Part shown: positions 26,447 to 39,122 of the stretch, piece after piece
Layout of the letters: each line of letters opens with the position of its first letter
How positions within the stretch are numbered: position 1 is the stretch's first letter
Source: Botryllus schlosseri
Lineage: Eukaryota
Length of the DNA: 64,000 bases
Direction of reading: 5' to 3'
NCBI GenBank assembly: GCA_051294905.1
Contig: CM119373.1
Span: 5,520,001 to 5,584,000 of the forward strand
The notes under the pieces: model-generated
The model's input: only the letters and a program-made list of their open reading frames with translations
Told to the model about the DNA's origin: nothing
Databases searched by the model: none
Made by a program: the position numbers and the translations under genes

Positions 26447-29400
26447 ATGGCCGCGTTTCCACTGCTCTCTGCAACTTTGAAATTGACTGCCTTGATTACG
26501 ACAGTTACCTGTTCTTCTGGTGAGTAGATGACCCAGATTCATTTTCTATTATTTCTCTGCTATAGTCATAGGGACTCTTGGATGTACAATACGTCAGTAT
26601 ACTATTGAACATATATATTTATTTCATTTTGAAGGTAAGTGGGATATTATCGGCAGGCATTCGTCAGAGGTAATCGTCAGCAATTATAATAGTGAATTTA
26701 CAAGAAAATTGTATATCAACAATATTATGACCAAAGATGAAGTCACCTACATTACATTTTGAGAAATGGAGGCCGAAGCTCCATATACTATTTGTTATTA
26801 TGCGTATACATGAACTCCTTTTGTTTGCACAAATCAGAATTTTCATAACAGTCGTCTCCAAGGTCCACAAATGCGAGATTGAACGTCATCTTGCTACTAC
26901 GGGAAAAGTGTCGTCTGTGTGATTTTCTGTACAAATTGGTTTATCGATTAAATGTTTGACAACTGCAGAATTCACAACGTTACCCTGTTCGGATTCAAGT
27001 TATGCACGCACATGCATGAAGCTGCAACGTGCAATATAATTGGGATTGCTTTCGCACGGATGATGGAATAGGAATCGGAAGTAGGCAGTCAAATTCCATC
27101 CATTTTGGTGGAAACAGCGTTTAAAAAACTACCCTTTCGTATATCAGTGTGCGACTTACCGTGGCACCTTTGTCCTCCACAACGTCAATTTTTCATCTAA
27201 TGATAATAGTTTTGATGTTGCTGAAATAATGTATTTAGAAATACATTTCTGGCATATTTTCACGTGTGAGATCCTACGAAAGGCACCAAGATTACTCAGT
27301 AGGGTGGTTCAAAAATATCTTTGTTCTCCGGATTCGCCGATGAAATTGGCTTAATTGTGCTCTCATATATATTTTATCTAATTCATGAACGTTATCGCAG
27401 GTTTTTTCCAGACTAAAAAAAACGCATCGAGAAACCCTCATCCTCCCTTCAGACATGCCTTGAATACGATGTTTGGTCTTGTCGAAGTTAAGAAATTTGT
27501 CACAGGAAATACTATTATTTCGAAAAATTGTCAAAATTTCAATTGGCTGTGACTCGGCTCCTGCTGGTTGGATTTGAGCCAAACTTGGTGCGCAGCCTTT
27601 TGTTATGCAACCTTGAAATTTAATGTGTGAATCCCAGAAATCTAGAAAAAACTATTTCTGAACAACTCAAGTACTCTATATAGATTGGATGCCACGATAT
27701 AGGCCTGCTTTATTGATATGTAGAACAGAAACTATGGTGGTCAGAGCGCGGAATTTTGCTATTTAATAGAATTACTATCAAACTCGACGTTGAAATTATG
27801 AAAACCATAATCCGGAATCCAAGCTGGGACAAGGCAATATGGATCAAATCTAACGAAAGCTACTTAAACCAATGCAGGTGGGGAGAGTCAACAGAGCAAT
27901 TCTCTCCTCCAGTTTTGATTTTAGATTAATTCATTGTTACGCCATCATCAAATCTCTGAACGTCACAATAACACAGGAGGGTTGTGGCATATTAGAAACC
28001 TACTCTGTACATTATGGAAATGTAGTCAGTAGAGTTAGTAGCTTGATTAAAATATCGTGTTCAGACGAATCCGAACCTTATGAAGTTTTGAATTATTCCA
28101 AATAACTATGTATACACCAGCATAAAGTAACGAAGATGATCCACAGTAGGCTATGATATAGAAATGACCACACACTACATTATATGCATTAGTTCTACAA
28201 TATATTTACACATTTCAAATAGCAAAATCATGTCTTTCCAGACATCATTTACTCAACGTCTACATGCGGAACAAAGGATATCAACATAGTAAGTTGATTA
28301 CATCGAATCTTGACAGTTATCATTATTGTTTTTAAACTGAAAAAATGTAGTTCCCGTTTCTCCACTCCATTAAGTTGATATTATATTAAATCATAATATT
28401 TCCAGCCCACACATGCCAGTGGTAATTATCAGCAACTAGCAAAGAGTTTCATGTTCTGTTTATGGTTTCTCAACAACGTCACTGTACCCATTGAGGTTGG
28501 TGAATATGAGCTCAAATATCGATTTATATGGATGTAGCCAATCAACTATTGGTAGAGTATGTTCTGTTTGCGTGAAACACCCTTTAGGATACTAATACAC
28601 CATATTCGCCAAATGTTCAACTATGAATTTCTGTACTTATTTTGACAGGACATTTCAAGTGAGTCAATTTTCTACTTCATCGGTACTAATTTCCGTTGGA
28701 AGTTATTTTCTCTTAAGTTCATGGCTAATTTAATAATGTTGGTCGCACCTAAAGCATGTCTCAAACGACGATCATTAATATAGTCAGTTACTCACTTCTG
28801 ACAGCAGCAATTGTTCGAACAGACGCTGAGAGTTTGCAATTACTGGAAAGAGCATTTACGGGGGCTGGTGGAAATATCGTTTCCGTTCAAACTCGCATAG
28901 CGAAAAAAGAGGAAGAGTCATCAATCCCCGTTCCCTTTACCCTAATTACCAAAACACAGTCGATTACGACCGAGACAACATCACCTGCAACAACAGTAGC
29001 AAGAGAATCAAGAATAACAACAACGACAGCAAGAGGAAGTGAGCCGGTGATAACTTCAAAAGCACAACAGCATAAAGGTAGGCGAGAAAATAGGTAGGCG
29101 AACATGTGAAGATACATAACGATCGCTCGTCATTACCTGAAGACCAATTACATGTCACCGATTAAATTTAGACAAAACATAGGCCTGCATGTGTATAGCC
29201 AGCGTAAGAAAATTTTAGTGCTATTTCGGCCTTTTTCTCAGTCCATTCGACTTCATCTCAATAATACCACCATACCATTTTAATTTAGAGACACATATTG
29301 CATTACTCTTCCCTTGAAATCGGCACTTTTCTGCCGATCACCTGAATTTTCCCTGAGAGCCGCACACCCAGACGTAAAACAGACACAAAATCGACGTTAC

Positions 29401-32400
29401 AGACAGTGGCAGAATAGATGGAGCTCGTCATTACCTAGCCCTGATGAAATTCCACTTAGACTGTATGATGTTGATACTGACGCTTTCTTAACTTCGCTTA
29501 AACGCCGATTGCCATTGAGTATGGTTGGTACAGCTATCCGTCACCGGGCAACCACTTCCTTACATCCCTATATATACTTACATTATGTTTGCCAAGCTGT
29601 AGTTTGTAGTTACCATACTCGTACACTCAATGCCGTAGCTGCCGCACCCCAAAACCCTTCATTTGGGGGGTGAGCTCGAAGGGGGGCCAAAATTATTTCG
29701 TGAATAGACATATATAATTGAGTATTTGTTTGGAATTTTATGCAATTTTATCAAAAAAGATTCGCCTCATTTATTGCCTTATTTCTTGAATATTGGATAT
29801 TCTTCCCCTGAGAAAGAATACGCATGATTTATAAAAATGGGCAATGTCACTGCGCCATGACGCACCAATGCATATTAGGTTGACGGCCATGTAACATGGG
29901 ACTCCAACAAGTGTGACAGAACGATCGGCAGCGAGAGAACCTTGACCGAAAAGGACTTCTCTTATGGCAGGGATGGCCAACCTTTTCGACCGAAGTGCCA
30001 TATACAACCGACGCCCCATAGCGCGAACCACTATCCGCGCGAAGCGCGAAAATTCTTGAGAGTATTTAGTTCAACAATAGGGCAACAATATTGTTACTTG
30101 AGTATATTGCGGGCCTGCTGTATATCGCTGGACTCGGTGCCACAGGGACTAGACCAGGGGTTCTCAAAGGGTGGGCCATGGCCCACTGGTGGGCCACAGG
30201 AGCATTTGAGGTGGGCCACAGAGTTATTTCGGAAATTTTAGAAATAATGTAAGTGTAGTAATATTTGTTGTGTTAATCGCTAAAAAACCTATTCATATTA
30301 GTTGATTATACGTAGGCTACATAAAGCTTTTCATCCGACTCTGATGAGACGTATAGTGGTACGTATGGAGTCAGCATTTAAAGTCGAAAATGGGAGGCAG
30401 AAACGGCGGCTTTTTCAACAGGCTATGACTACCTATGGCTAACAGCAACTAAAATAATTTCGCGTATTTAATACCTGGAAGGTAATGCTGAAGTAACCAA
30501 GTGTTCCGGCAGGGTCATAATGTCGTATGCCGTTGAAAGGTGTGTGCAATAAAATCGGAATGAATTGTAATTGATGCATAGATTTACTGTACTTCGGCAG
30601 GTCGTATTATTGTAAGTTAAAAATGGCCATAATTGCAAATTATTAGCAACTTCTGGTGGAGGTATACTGCACCACCGCAACGAATAGTAATTGATTGAGG
30701 ATTCAGCGGAGCGCATTAATACTTGGAGTCTGTTTTAAATGTCATGCCTGAAAATCAATGTACGTAATGTAAGAATCACATGGATTGAATATTCCGACAT
30801 CGCAACTTCAGTTGGTTCAGTACGTGACATTGTACATTGTACAACATGCATAATAAGAAAATCTTCCTCCACTCCTCTGTAGTACCCCATTCACCAATGG
30901 AATGTTTGAAGCTGGCCCCGAGTGATTACACTATTCCCCTCAATTGTGGAGCTAAAATCCCAATCACACAGTGTATGCGGGAATTCGATCATTGTGTTTC
31001 GCGAAGCGCATGGAGAAGCGGACGATCATAAAATACTTTAGCATATGATCTACCAGAGCCGTAACTGCCGCACCCAAACCCCCAATTGGGGGAGCTAGAA
31101 GGGGCCCAGCAAAATTATTTCGTTGGTCGTTTGTTAGAAGATATTAATTCAACTTGAAAATTTCCGTCGCGCCACGCGCGACTTCATGCCACGAAATGTT
31201 TATATTTTAATGTCACAAGTATATTAGGCGAAAAATTCTCAATTTTAGAGGAATAGGAATATCGGTGCCGTCGGTTACCACGCATTGAACAGGATTATTA
31301 TTTTGAGATTAGAGGTGGGCCACAGCACATTTTCAAACCGGAAAATGGGCCACGGCCGAGAAAGGGCTGAGAAACCCTGGACTAGACTATTCGGCGTCTG
31401 GACGTATCGATATCGAAAGCTTAGGCCAACATGCGTGAATCATTTTGTGCCTAGATTTCACCGTTGACGGTCTTTCTGCGAGCGCAATCGCAAGGTCGCA
31501 TGTTGGACGACGCTTTCTCTCGTAATTGCGAATATAGATATACTCAATGTGGTACATAAGGCGTTCTTTCATTTTCAGGAGGGTGTAGCAATATTAGAAG
31601 CAAGAAATCCAGTGACAACATATTGCGGGAAGCGTGACGAAAAAAAATACCTTAGGGATATCTGCTGGAGAATATTATGCTTTATTGTAATGAACGAATA
31701 TCTAACAAAAATCTGACTGATATTCCAGTCGTCACATCCCAAGTGTTGCGGCTAGACTAATCAAATTTTTTGTTGGGCTTGCAACTTCAAAATCTGGGCA
31801 ATCCATTTTTGATAATAATACTAATTTCGAAAATAACCTCGTGGGCCACTCAAAACCTTCTTGCGGGCCACGGGTTGACCGGCCCTGCCTTATGCTGACC
31901 GAAAAGTTCGATATATATACATATATGCTTAATTCCCCTAAATGGCTGGCGAAAAAACTTCCTGTACCGTCAATCTGGACCCCACAAGACAAATGCCATC
32001 CTGCAGGAAAGAATTATTTGCCAGTGACGAAATACTAATTTAAAACCATGTGCTTCTTTTAGTATAGTACGTTTTGACATAGCAGACAGGATGTCACGAA
32101 ATAACATCATGTAACGAAGTCATTATACCAACTGGTCAACCCAAAGATGTTTAATCATTATTTACGGGCCCTATAATTAATATCCAAGACACCTCACTCA
32201 TCTCTACCGGTAAATCTGATTACGTGAGCAGACATAGGGAAAATTGATAGCATGAGGCAATTCCCGATCATAATAACCGATTAAATCATAAATTATGTAA
32301 AATATTCGCGCTTGGCGCTTTTAGCCCGAATAATCCGACTCGTTAAACAGTACTACAATTCTCGCTGACAAGTAGCGGATAAAACATATAGCGTGATGGG

Positions 32401-33179
32401 GGTCCAGGGGGTCCGTGACCAACATTATTATTTTTTGAGGGGAGGGAGTACTGACGAAGTGCTGTTTCGGTCCTGTGTACACTTATATGTAATGACGCAA
32501 TTCGAGTCACGGCATACCATACGTCATTTATAAAATCTCAATTTCAGCTTGCAACGTTTCTTTCTTTACATTTACCGCACACACGCACAATGATTACGTG
32601 TTGTACGATGGCAGTTTACCTGAGATGTCATCACTCACCGTATGCGCCTGGATAAAGCCTGCCAGCGGAACAGCCTCCGTGAAAGGGTCGCTTATAAGTT
32701 ACTGCGTTAAAGGCGCTAGCTATTGCAACACCTTCTGGGTGCTTCTGCTCTCAAATAGACAATTCATGTACGTGTTTGTTAACTCGGTAGTCCATAATTT
32801 CTCGAGCGTCCCCTATATTGAGACACGTTCACATTTATGCGTGGTGGTGCAGCCAAACGACGTGGGTTTCTACATCAACGGCGATGAGCCAATGAATAAG
32901 ATCGACCGTGCAGACTCAAAAAATATTCCAGCGGGCGGCGTACTGATCTTGGGACAGGATCAAGACGGTGAGATAAAGGGTCGGTCACCAGGCAAACCGG
33001 AAAATCCGGCACAGGGTCTCCGTGGTGAAATAGAAGGGCTGCGTCTGTGGAAAAGAGGTTTGAGCACTGAAGAGATTGCGGAGGTGTACAATGAGGAATG
33101 TCACTGCTCGACATTTGACGAATCAAATTCGATCTTGCATGGACACGTGACTGCACACTACGACATTTGCAATGGTTGA
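26447..33179 (+). CDS. Secreted pentraxin-domain protein C (about 338-361 aa)
   Basis: Exons 26447-26519 (MAAFPLLSATLKLTALITTVTCSS), possible 26566-26634 (69 nt, symmetric phase 1), 28242-28288, 28649-28658, 28823-29077 (Thr-rich), 32548-33179. GT-AG, open frame. PTX motifs SLTVCAW, HLCVVV, FYING, GGVLILGQDQD, QGLRGEI, LWKRGL. Confidence 0.82.
27300..27669. mobile_element. Degenerate MITE related to the foldback at 40144-40651
   Basis: Starts tagggtggttcaaaaata..tccggattcgcc; ends ttctgaacaactc; contains gagccaaacttggtgcgcagcc similar to 40555-40575. Confidence 0.45.
29968..31887. mobile_element. hAT MITE (14566-family) enlarged by nested insertions, in last intron of C
   Basis: TIR cagggatggccaacc / ggttgaccggccctg; degenerate TSD tcttatgg / ccttatgc. 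Confidence 0.8.
30155..31379. mobile_element. hAT MITE nested in 29968-31887, itself holding further repeats
   Basis: TIR caggggttctca / tgagaaaccctg; perfect TSD gactagac (30147-30154, 31380-31387). Internal 30353-30630 matches 24686-24970, and 31054-31120 matches about 29630-29700. Confidence 0.88.
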
Positions 33180-34289
33180 AAAGACTACTCATCTGTTTAT
33201 ATGTAAGAAAAAATGGACATTCACCGAATAGTGAGTCCACGCTCTTGGCCATCGTTTGCTAAGACACGTGATCAAGACTGAGGAATTCGCAGTTATTTCA
33301 TTTCGGATGATAATTGTATATACAGTATTTTACATTCCAAATCACCATAATCGTGGGTGCGTATCAACAATGAACAACAAAAGAGTCCAAACAACTGTTA
33401 GGAGGATTGCTCATAGATATATTACACTGTTTTTTTTTTCGCCAGGACTTCCTAGTGCTCCATCACACCACGTATTCAGATAATATATATGTCGATTATT
33501 ACTACTTTTCGGGGTAATCAACAAGATGTTGCCTAGATTTTTGTCATGTTTCAAGGTCTCTTTCACTTCTACCTGAGCAGTACTTTGGAATACTTATTGA
33601 CTTTTGCAATTAGGATTTCAAAAAGTCGGGAGTAGTCTAGGGATAAGATTCCACCATTCTCCTCATTTAAACTGTCATTAGAATTGCGTGAAATAGACCC
33701 TGAATTACGGTAACTGAATGTGTGTCTTCGAAGATTCTATCAAAGTAGGGTAGTATGTAATTATAGTCGTTTTGCGTTATCCCAGACCCCGTAACCAAAT
33801 ATACTTAGATAAACACTGACGTCTCATACGTCTCAAATTGAATGACAAAGCTTCAGAAGTGACGAGTGCCTGATTTACCTTTGATTGTTATCGACGTAAT
33901 TTAATGAAAAAATCACTTCAACAATCAAACTATATCGACTTAGTTCGTTACTGACCCCGTCTTGTTTGTAGGCACGAATAGGCACGAATAGGCTCTTTCC
34001 TGAACCGCGAAATACGGATTTAAACTAGTTGACTGATAAGATATGTATATTTGACGAAATGAGTGAAATGAAATATATGTTCGGCGTACGTACAATTTGT
34101 CATGCTTGCACACGCGAAGCTTTCAACTGAACCCCATCTGAAGTTGTTTTTTTAACACGACGAGGAATGTCAAAAGAAAACCCCTGGATCTCCGGTGGAA
34201 GGCTGACATTGTCTCTCGTTGTCTTTTACGAGTCTTCTCAGACATATATCCAACCAATCACATACCTATTTTGCATATCTTGTTTGTTT

Positions 34290-34545
34290 GTGGGATTTAT
34301 GATGTTTGTCGACAAATATGTGGTTATTTATACGAGACAAATTTTCTTCATTTTGATTCCGTAGCTGTCGGCTTGTAGCCCGGCCCAAATCTATGCTTTG
34401 ATAGAACACCGCTTACACGGATGAGATGGCAAGGAGGAGCATAGATAAACCTTCAACACGTAGGTAGTAATTCTGGAGTCGACATCAGTTAGACCGGAAC
34501 CCGCAACCCATTAATGTTGCAGCTGTGGATTATAACACTGCGCTG
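34290..34545 (-). mobile_element. tRNA-derived SINE copy
   Basis: Reverse complement reads agcgcagtgttataatccacagctgcaac..gggttgcgggttccggt..gtcgactccagaatt..ggtttatctatgctcctccttgcc. Confidence 0.75.
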
Positions 34546-34875
34546 CGCCAATATTTTGCATCAATAAGATGTATGTGAATAGTCCTATAGCCTACATGTT
34601 AATTGTCGAGAGTAGGATATTTAAACTGCCGTACCTTTTGTGCAAAACATGCTATCGATCTGAGGTCTAAAACACGCGGCACGCGAGAACAGTTTGTGCC
34701 GTCCGCGACGTCTGTTTTAATTTTCAAGCATTCAACAATATATTCAACTGCAACATATCTTTCTTAGGTGTGAAAACACAAAGTTTACCCTAGAACTATT
34801 CCAAATAGCTGGTTCGTGGTACAGAACTTGAATATAGCTTTCAATACAACATCCATTGTAGCAGTAAATTTATTA

Positions 34876-34912
34876 AACTCGAAGACTTTTCGGGTGCCTC
34901 TTTTCAAGAGTT
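34876..34912 (-). ncRNA. Second, identical hammerhead-like motif in the inverted pLTR
   Basis: Exact reverse complement of 35458-35494. Confidence 0.58.
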
Positions 34913-35457
34913 ATCGGCACACTGAAGGGATTGTTTGAGCGTATTAAGCAGCATATCCCAAAATTGATTCGGTCAAAAACATGCGCAAATGATCGCACGG
35001 AGCTCGCACGTCAATGCAAATTGGCTGCAAAAACAGACTGCTATGATGATTACCAAGCATATGCTTCGTCAATCGGTCAGCATCTGAGCGAAAACCTTGC
35101 CTGTGCACAGCACTATGATGACAATATGTTCACTGTCATTGCGCGTGGTAGGTCTGTGTTTCATTTAAAAGTGTTGGAGTCCACTATTATTCAGTTGAGC
35201 AAACCTATTTTATGAAGACAAAAAGATTTCCTCTATAACCTACAAATTTCTCATTAGTGCGTGTTGTTCCGTGCGTGTAATTGTTTATTTACAAATTGTG
35301 CTGCTACTATAGTACCGTATGTCCGTATACTTCGTAGTTTGTTATTGTTGCCATTGATACAATGCGAATTTCATGGTCTGTGATTTTGATTGTTGCGTCA
35401 TACTTTGCCTTTTTGGTTTTGCTTTTAAACCTGTTTAAATCCCTTCAGTGTGCCGAT

Positions 35458-35494
35458 AACTCTTGAAAAGAGGCACCCGAAAAGTCTTCGAGTT
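35458..35494 (+). ncRNA. Putative minimal type I hammerhead ribozyme motif, U3-A8 core variant, in the Penelope pLTR
   Basis: aactc-TTGAAAA-gaggcaccc-GAAA-agtct-TC-gagtt: helix I aactc/gagtt, core UUGAAAA, short helix II, GAAA, vestigial helix III, UC cleavage site. Confidence 0.6.
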
Positions 35495-36621
35495 TAATAA
35501 ATTTACTGCTACAATGGATGTTGTATTGAAAGCTATAGAACTATTCCAAAAACGTGAAATGTCATCAAACGTCACTATCACAACACTGTCAAAAGCTATC
35601 ATGCGGTGGAAGATCAGCTATTATTTCACATTTCTAGTTCATAATGATAAAACATGGCCCGTTGATGATTCGTGACTGAAAATTGTGATTTGGACTTGGG
35701 CACGACCGTCCGTAAAATTATTCGAATTCGAACTCAATGGGTAATAAAATAAAAATGTTAAATCGCAGGACTTGTTACTCGGAACGCCATGACCCGGTAC
35801 GGCCACTGACGCAACAGACCATCAAACTGTGTTAGGGAATAGTAATGTATCAACAGTTAGTAGCTTTCGTTGTGTGTAGCGTATCTAATCAGGACAGCAT
35901 GGAAGCCACTGGAATTCTGTTGCCCCATGATATATATAGTTAGTGACATCCTGTGTGATATTTGATCTCTATATCCATATTATTATCGTCGGTGGCAAGT
36001 AAGAGTGGTGCGATTCACAGCTGTAACACCAATGAATTAGGCTGTAATCGGACATTTCTATTCGAGGGATTCTTAACCACGGGTACGTAAACCCCTTCGA
36101 GGTACAAAGCATTAGTGGGTACGAGATACATTGTGGAAATAGTCCTGTATGCTATCTAGAGCTTGAAATTATTTTGCAAACCGACAAAAGGCGTATTATT
36201 TTCTTGACTAACTTATTCACCCGAAAAAAATTCTTCGCGCGATGCGCGATTTTATTTGAATAGGCTTTTTCATTTTGATATAGTTGCAATCAGTTGTGTC
36301 GAAAATGGACAGGGGTACGATCGCTAGAAATGTTAAGAAACACTGATATCGCTATCACTCAATAATAATCATTATATATAAGTAAGTTGTTTTTGATCAG
36401 TTCCAATTGCTGATTTAATTTGACCTTGGCAATGAAATGAACATTAGCCTAGTTATCGGGACTATACCAGAAATCCGGATTGGGCTTCACTGCTCAAATG
36501 CTCTGATATTAGATCAATACTTGGTGAATTCCAAAATATTCTACTGGGGTCTACGATACGCATCGTAGGCCCCGATTCCACCTATAATTGTGGAACGTCA
36601 AATGCCCGCTTGCTATAATAA

Positions 36622-39122
36622 CACTGGTCAACACAGTTTTTGTTGACTTTGATCAGGCAATTGATTCTGACTAACTTTTGGGCGCTGAATTCAAAAATAA
36701 CTTCCGTTTTTTCTCTATCACGTCAAGTTTGTAGGTTAGGCACCCCCAACATTGCCTCAAAACCCACATAATAGCACTACTTTTAATACTTTGTGTTTAT
36801 TGCATAAAGCGTTTCAAAAACTACAACCAGTCGAAAGTAAATCATTAGACTTCAAATAAACATTTGCACTGCTTTATTTGGTTGATTTAAACTGATATTG
36901 CTTGCACAGGACAAATAAAGTGCGAGTTTCAGGGTCCAAATTCACGCTAATAACCCATAATTATGTAGGTTGTCTAGTTTGATACTCGAGCAATAGTCAA
37001 CTAACATATATAAGCTCCAATCTACTCTGGTATCTTATCCCCATCATCTTCAGATGTTGGGGACGTTTTCTCCTTGGCCACCTCTGACTATGTGAAGGTT
37101 TTCAGGGAAATTATTAAGATATTTTAATTTTTTTTTAATGTCTGCTGTCCGATATAAACATACGGCAGTGGCACATGTGTATCATGGCTGCATGTGCTCT
37201 GCATCCTCATAGTCTGAAAAACAAAGAAAACACAATATTTCAAAGCTGACACATATGATCCAATCGTGCTCATGATATTGCAACAATTCTATGTTTCTGT
37301 ATTGTTCTCAAGGTGTCTGTATTTGTTCAAGAAGACTTACATAGTGTGCAATTGTTACTGCACCCAAGACGTAGCCATTTTAGAGAATGTCACACTTTAG
37401 GATCCTTTTTGAGCTACCTATAGGCATTTGTCATTCACTTGAGTTCTATATGGAGATTCCTAACTCCTCCAGTAATCCATGGTAACAGTATAATGCCAAT
37501 ACCAGTATCAAGGCAATACCAAAATGCTACCGAAAGTAGGCCGGCGAATAAAAGGTTGATTCTCCTGATCGAAAGTGAGATACCTTCTCTACTTTGCCAA
37601 GTAATCTTTTCCCACTTCGTAAGGATGTTAAAAGTTCCGAAAATTTCTATTCCAAGTCCCAAAGCCTATGCCAGATCAATAACTTGTGTTGATTGACTAC
37701 TCTACATTCTGAATCATCTTCAATTTCAAAATCTACATCATTAGGCCTGCCATTCCTAAGATCTTCATCTTGATCCAAATTATCGAGCATATAGCAGTTT
37801 AAAGTTACACTGAATAAGCTGAATGGGGCATTGGAACTATATCTGATAGTAAATGGAATGTTTATATTTCTTGCCATATCCTGCAGTTTGCATCATATAT
37901 GTGTGTGAAATATCCTCGGATGGTTGCTTCCTCTAATCAAAAATGGGAGAAGCATCGGCCTAGATCAGGGGCGGGCAACTTCTTCAGTCGGCGGGCCGGA
38001 TATAGGAAAATTAAGTACTTGGCGCGCCGGATTGCTGAATCGATACATTATTCGCACATTTACCCAGTTATACAAAGAAAAAAAATCGTATTTAATGAAT
38101 GTATTTAACCGAGAGCAATGTCACGTCAAAGTCCTTTCTCGCCGATATTGACGAAGACAATGTGGATTTGAGAACAGCATCGTCATGAATATGAAGCCGC
38201 CATCTCTGATCAATCAACACAAGGTGCAATCCTTAATTAAGATTTCAAGGCGTCTGATAAGCCCGGTACCTCAAATTTACCAAGATATCAATTCATTCGG
38301 GTTGAGTAGGTGACGAGATTGCGTCGTTGTTCAACTATGTGGCTTATTTTATCTCGATATTGAATTCATGCGGCCCGCGGCCTCTACGAAATTTAAGAAG
38401 TGGCCTGCGACCCGTTTTTGAGTTGGCGACCCCTGACATAAGCGGTATCCTACAAAAGCTTAGAAGTGTGCCGTGCTACAAGTCGGCGGTTGCGGAATCA
38501 AAAATATGAAATATCGGCCTGGTGCAAATAACCATTGTAATCGACAAACACCATGATTACCACAAACGACATTACGGTTGAGTATATCCCGTAAATGCCG
38601 ATAATGCAGGTTTTCCCGCTTGTCGAACTTGAGCGTAAGCTCCACTCTCGCAAGCTGCGCATGCGCATACACATATATAATAACGTACAGTCACTAAAAT
38701 TTGACGCAGTAAGCAAGTAGTGGGGAATCTCGACAGACTGGGGCCGCAAGCCACAGTATCATGTAAGACGGAAAACTGTCCGCGGGCCAGACAAAATCCC
38801 TTCGCGGGCCAGATTCGGCCCTCGGGCCGTATGTTGCCCGCCCCTGGCCTAGATCGATACCGCTTCATTTATTCTTAATAATGCAATTGAACCCATGGCT
38901 AGATAAATTATTATATGGTAAAAGTGTGGATTTTTATATGGTATGGAAAACCAATATGGCTACATTTTGCAATTTGCATACTTTGGGTATATGTCGTAGA
39001 GCAAAAACCTGACGTGATAGAAGAAAACCACTGGCATTTCTGGAATCAACACGCCAAAATTAGCCGAAATCAAGTGCAAAATCTAAATCAACAAATTTTT
39101 TGTTCAAAATTGTTGCCCAGTG
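36622..39122. mobile_element. Decayed CMC-superfamily (Chapaev3-like) DNA transposon
   Basis: TIR cactggtcaaca / tgttgcccagtg, 3-bp TSD taa (36619-36621, 39123-39125); degraded coding-like remnants on the minus strand at about 37100-37880. Family assignment rests on CACTG ends plus a TWA TSD. Confidence 0.6.
37966..38846. mobile_element. hAT/Charlie-like MITE nested in the CACTG element; carries a SINE 3' fragment (about 38440-38570)
   Basis: TIR caggggcgggcaac / gttgcccgcccctg; perfect TSD gcctagat (37958-37965, 38847-38854). Confidence 0.9.

Larger units (their letters stand above)
34806..35537 (+). mobile_element. 5'-truncated Penelope-like retroelement with inverted pseudo-LTR
   Basis: ORF 34931-35215 (RIKQH..SSIGQHL..FTVIARGRSVFHLKVLES.II.LSKPIL*RQK) resembles the C-terminal half of a PLE GIY-YIG endonuclease. 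Perfect 100-bp inverted repeat 34833-34932 / 35438-35537; flanking direct repeat (ta)gaactattccaaa at 34791-34805 and 35536-35550. Confidence 0.85.

Noticed and set aside
26582..26634. ATG at 26582 as the start of gene C
   Set aside because: It hits TGA after 8 codons and gives the wrong phase; the ATG at 26447 gives a signal peptide homologous to D.
30337..30373. Hammerhead ribozyme (ctgatga within gactc...gagtc)
   Set aside because: No GAAA or cleavage triplet in the required position.
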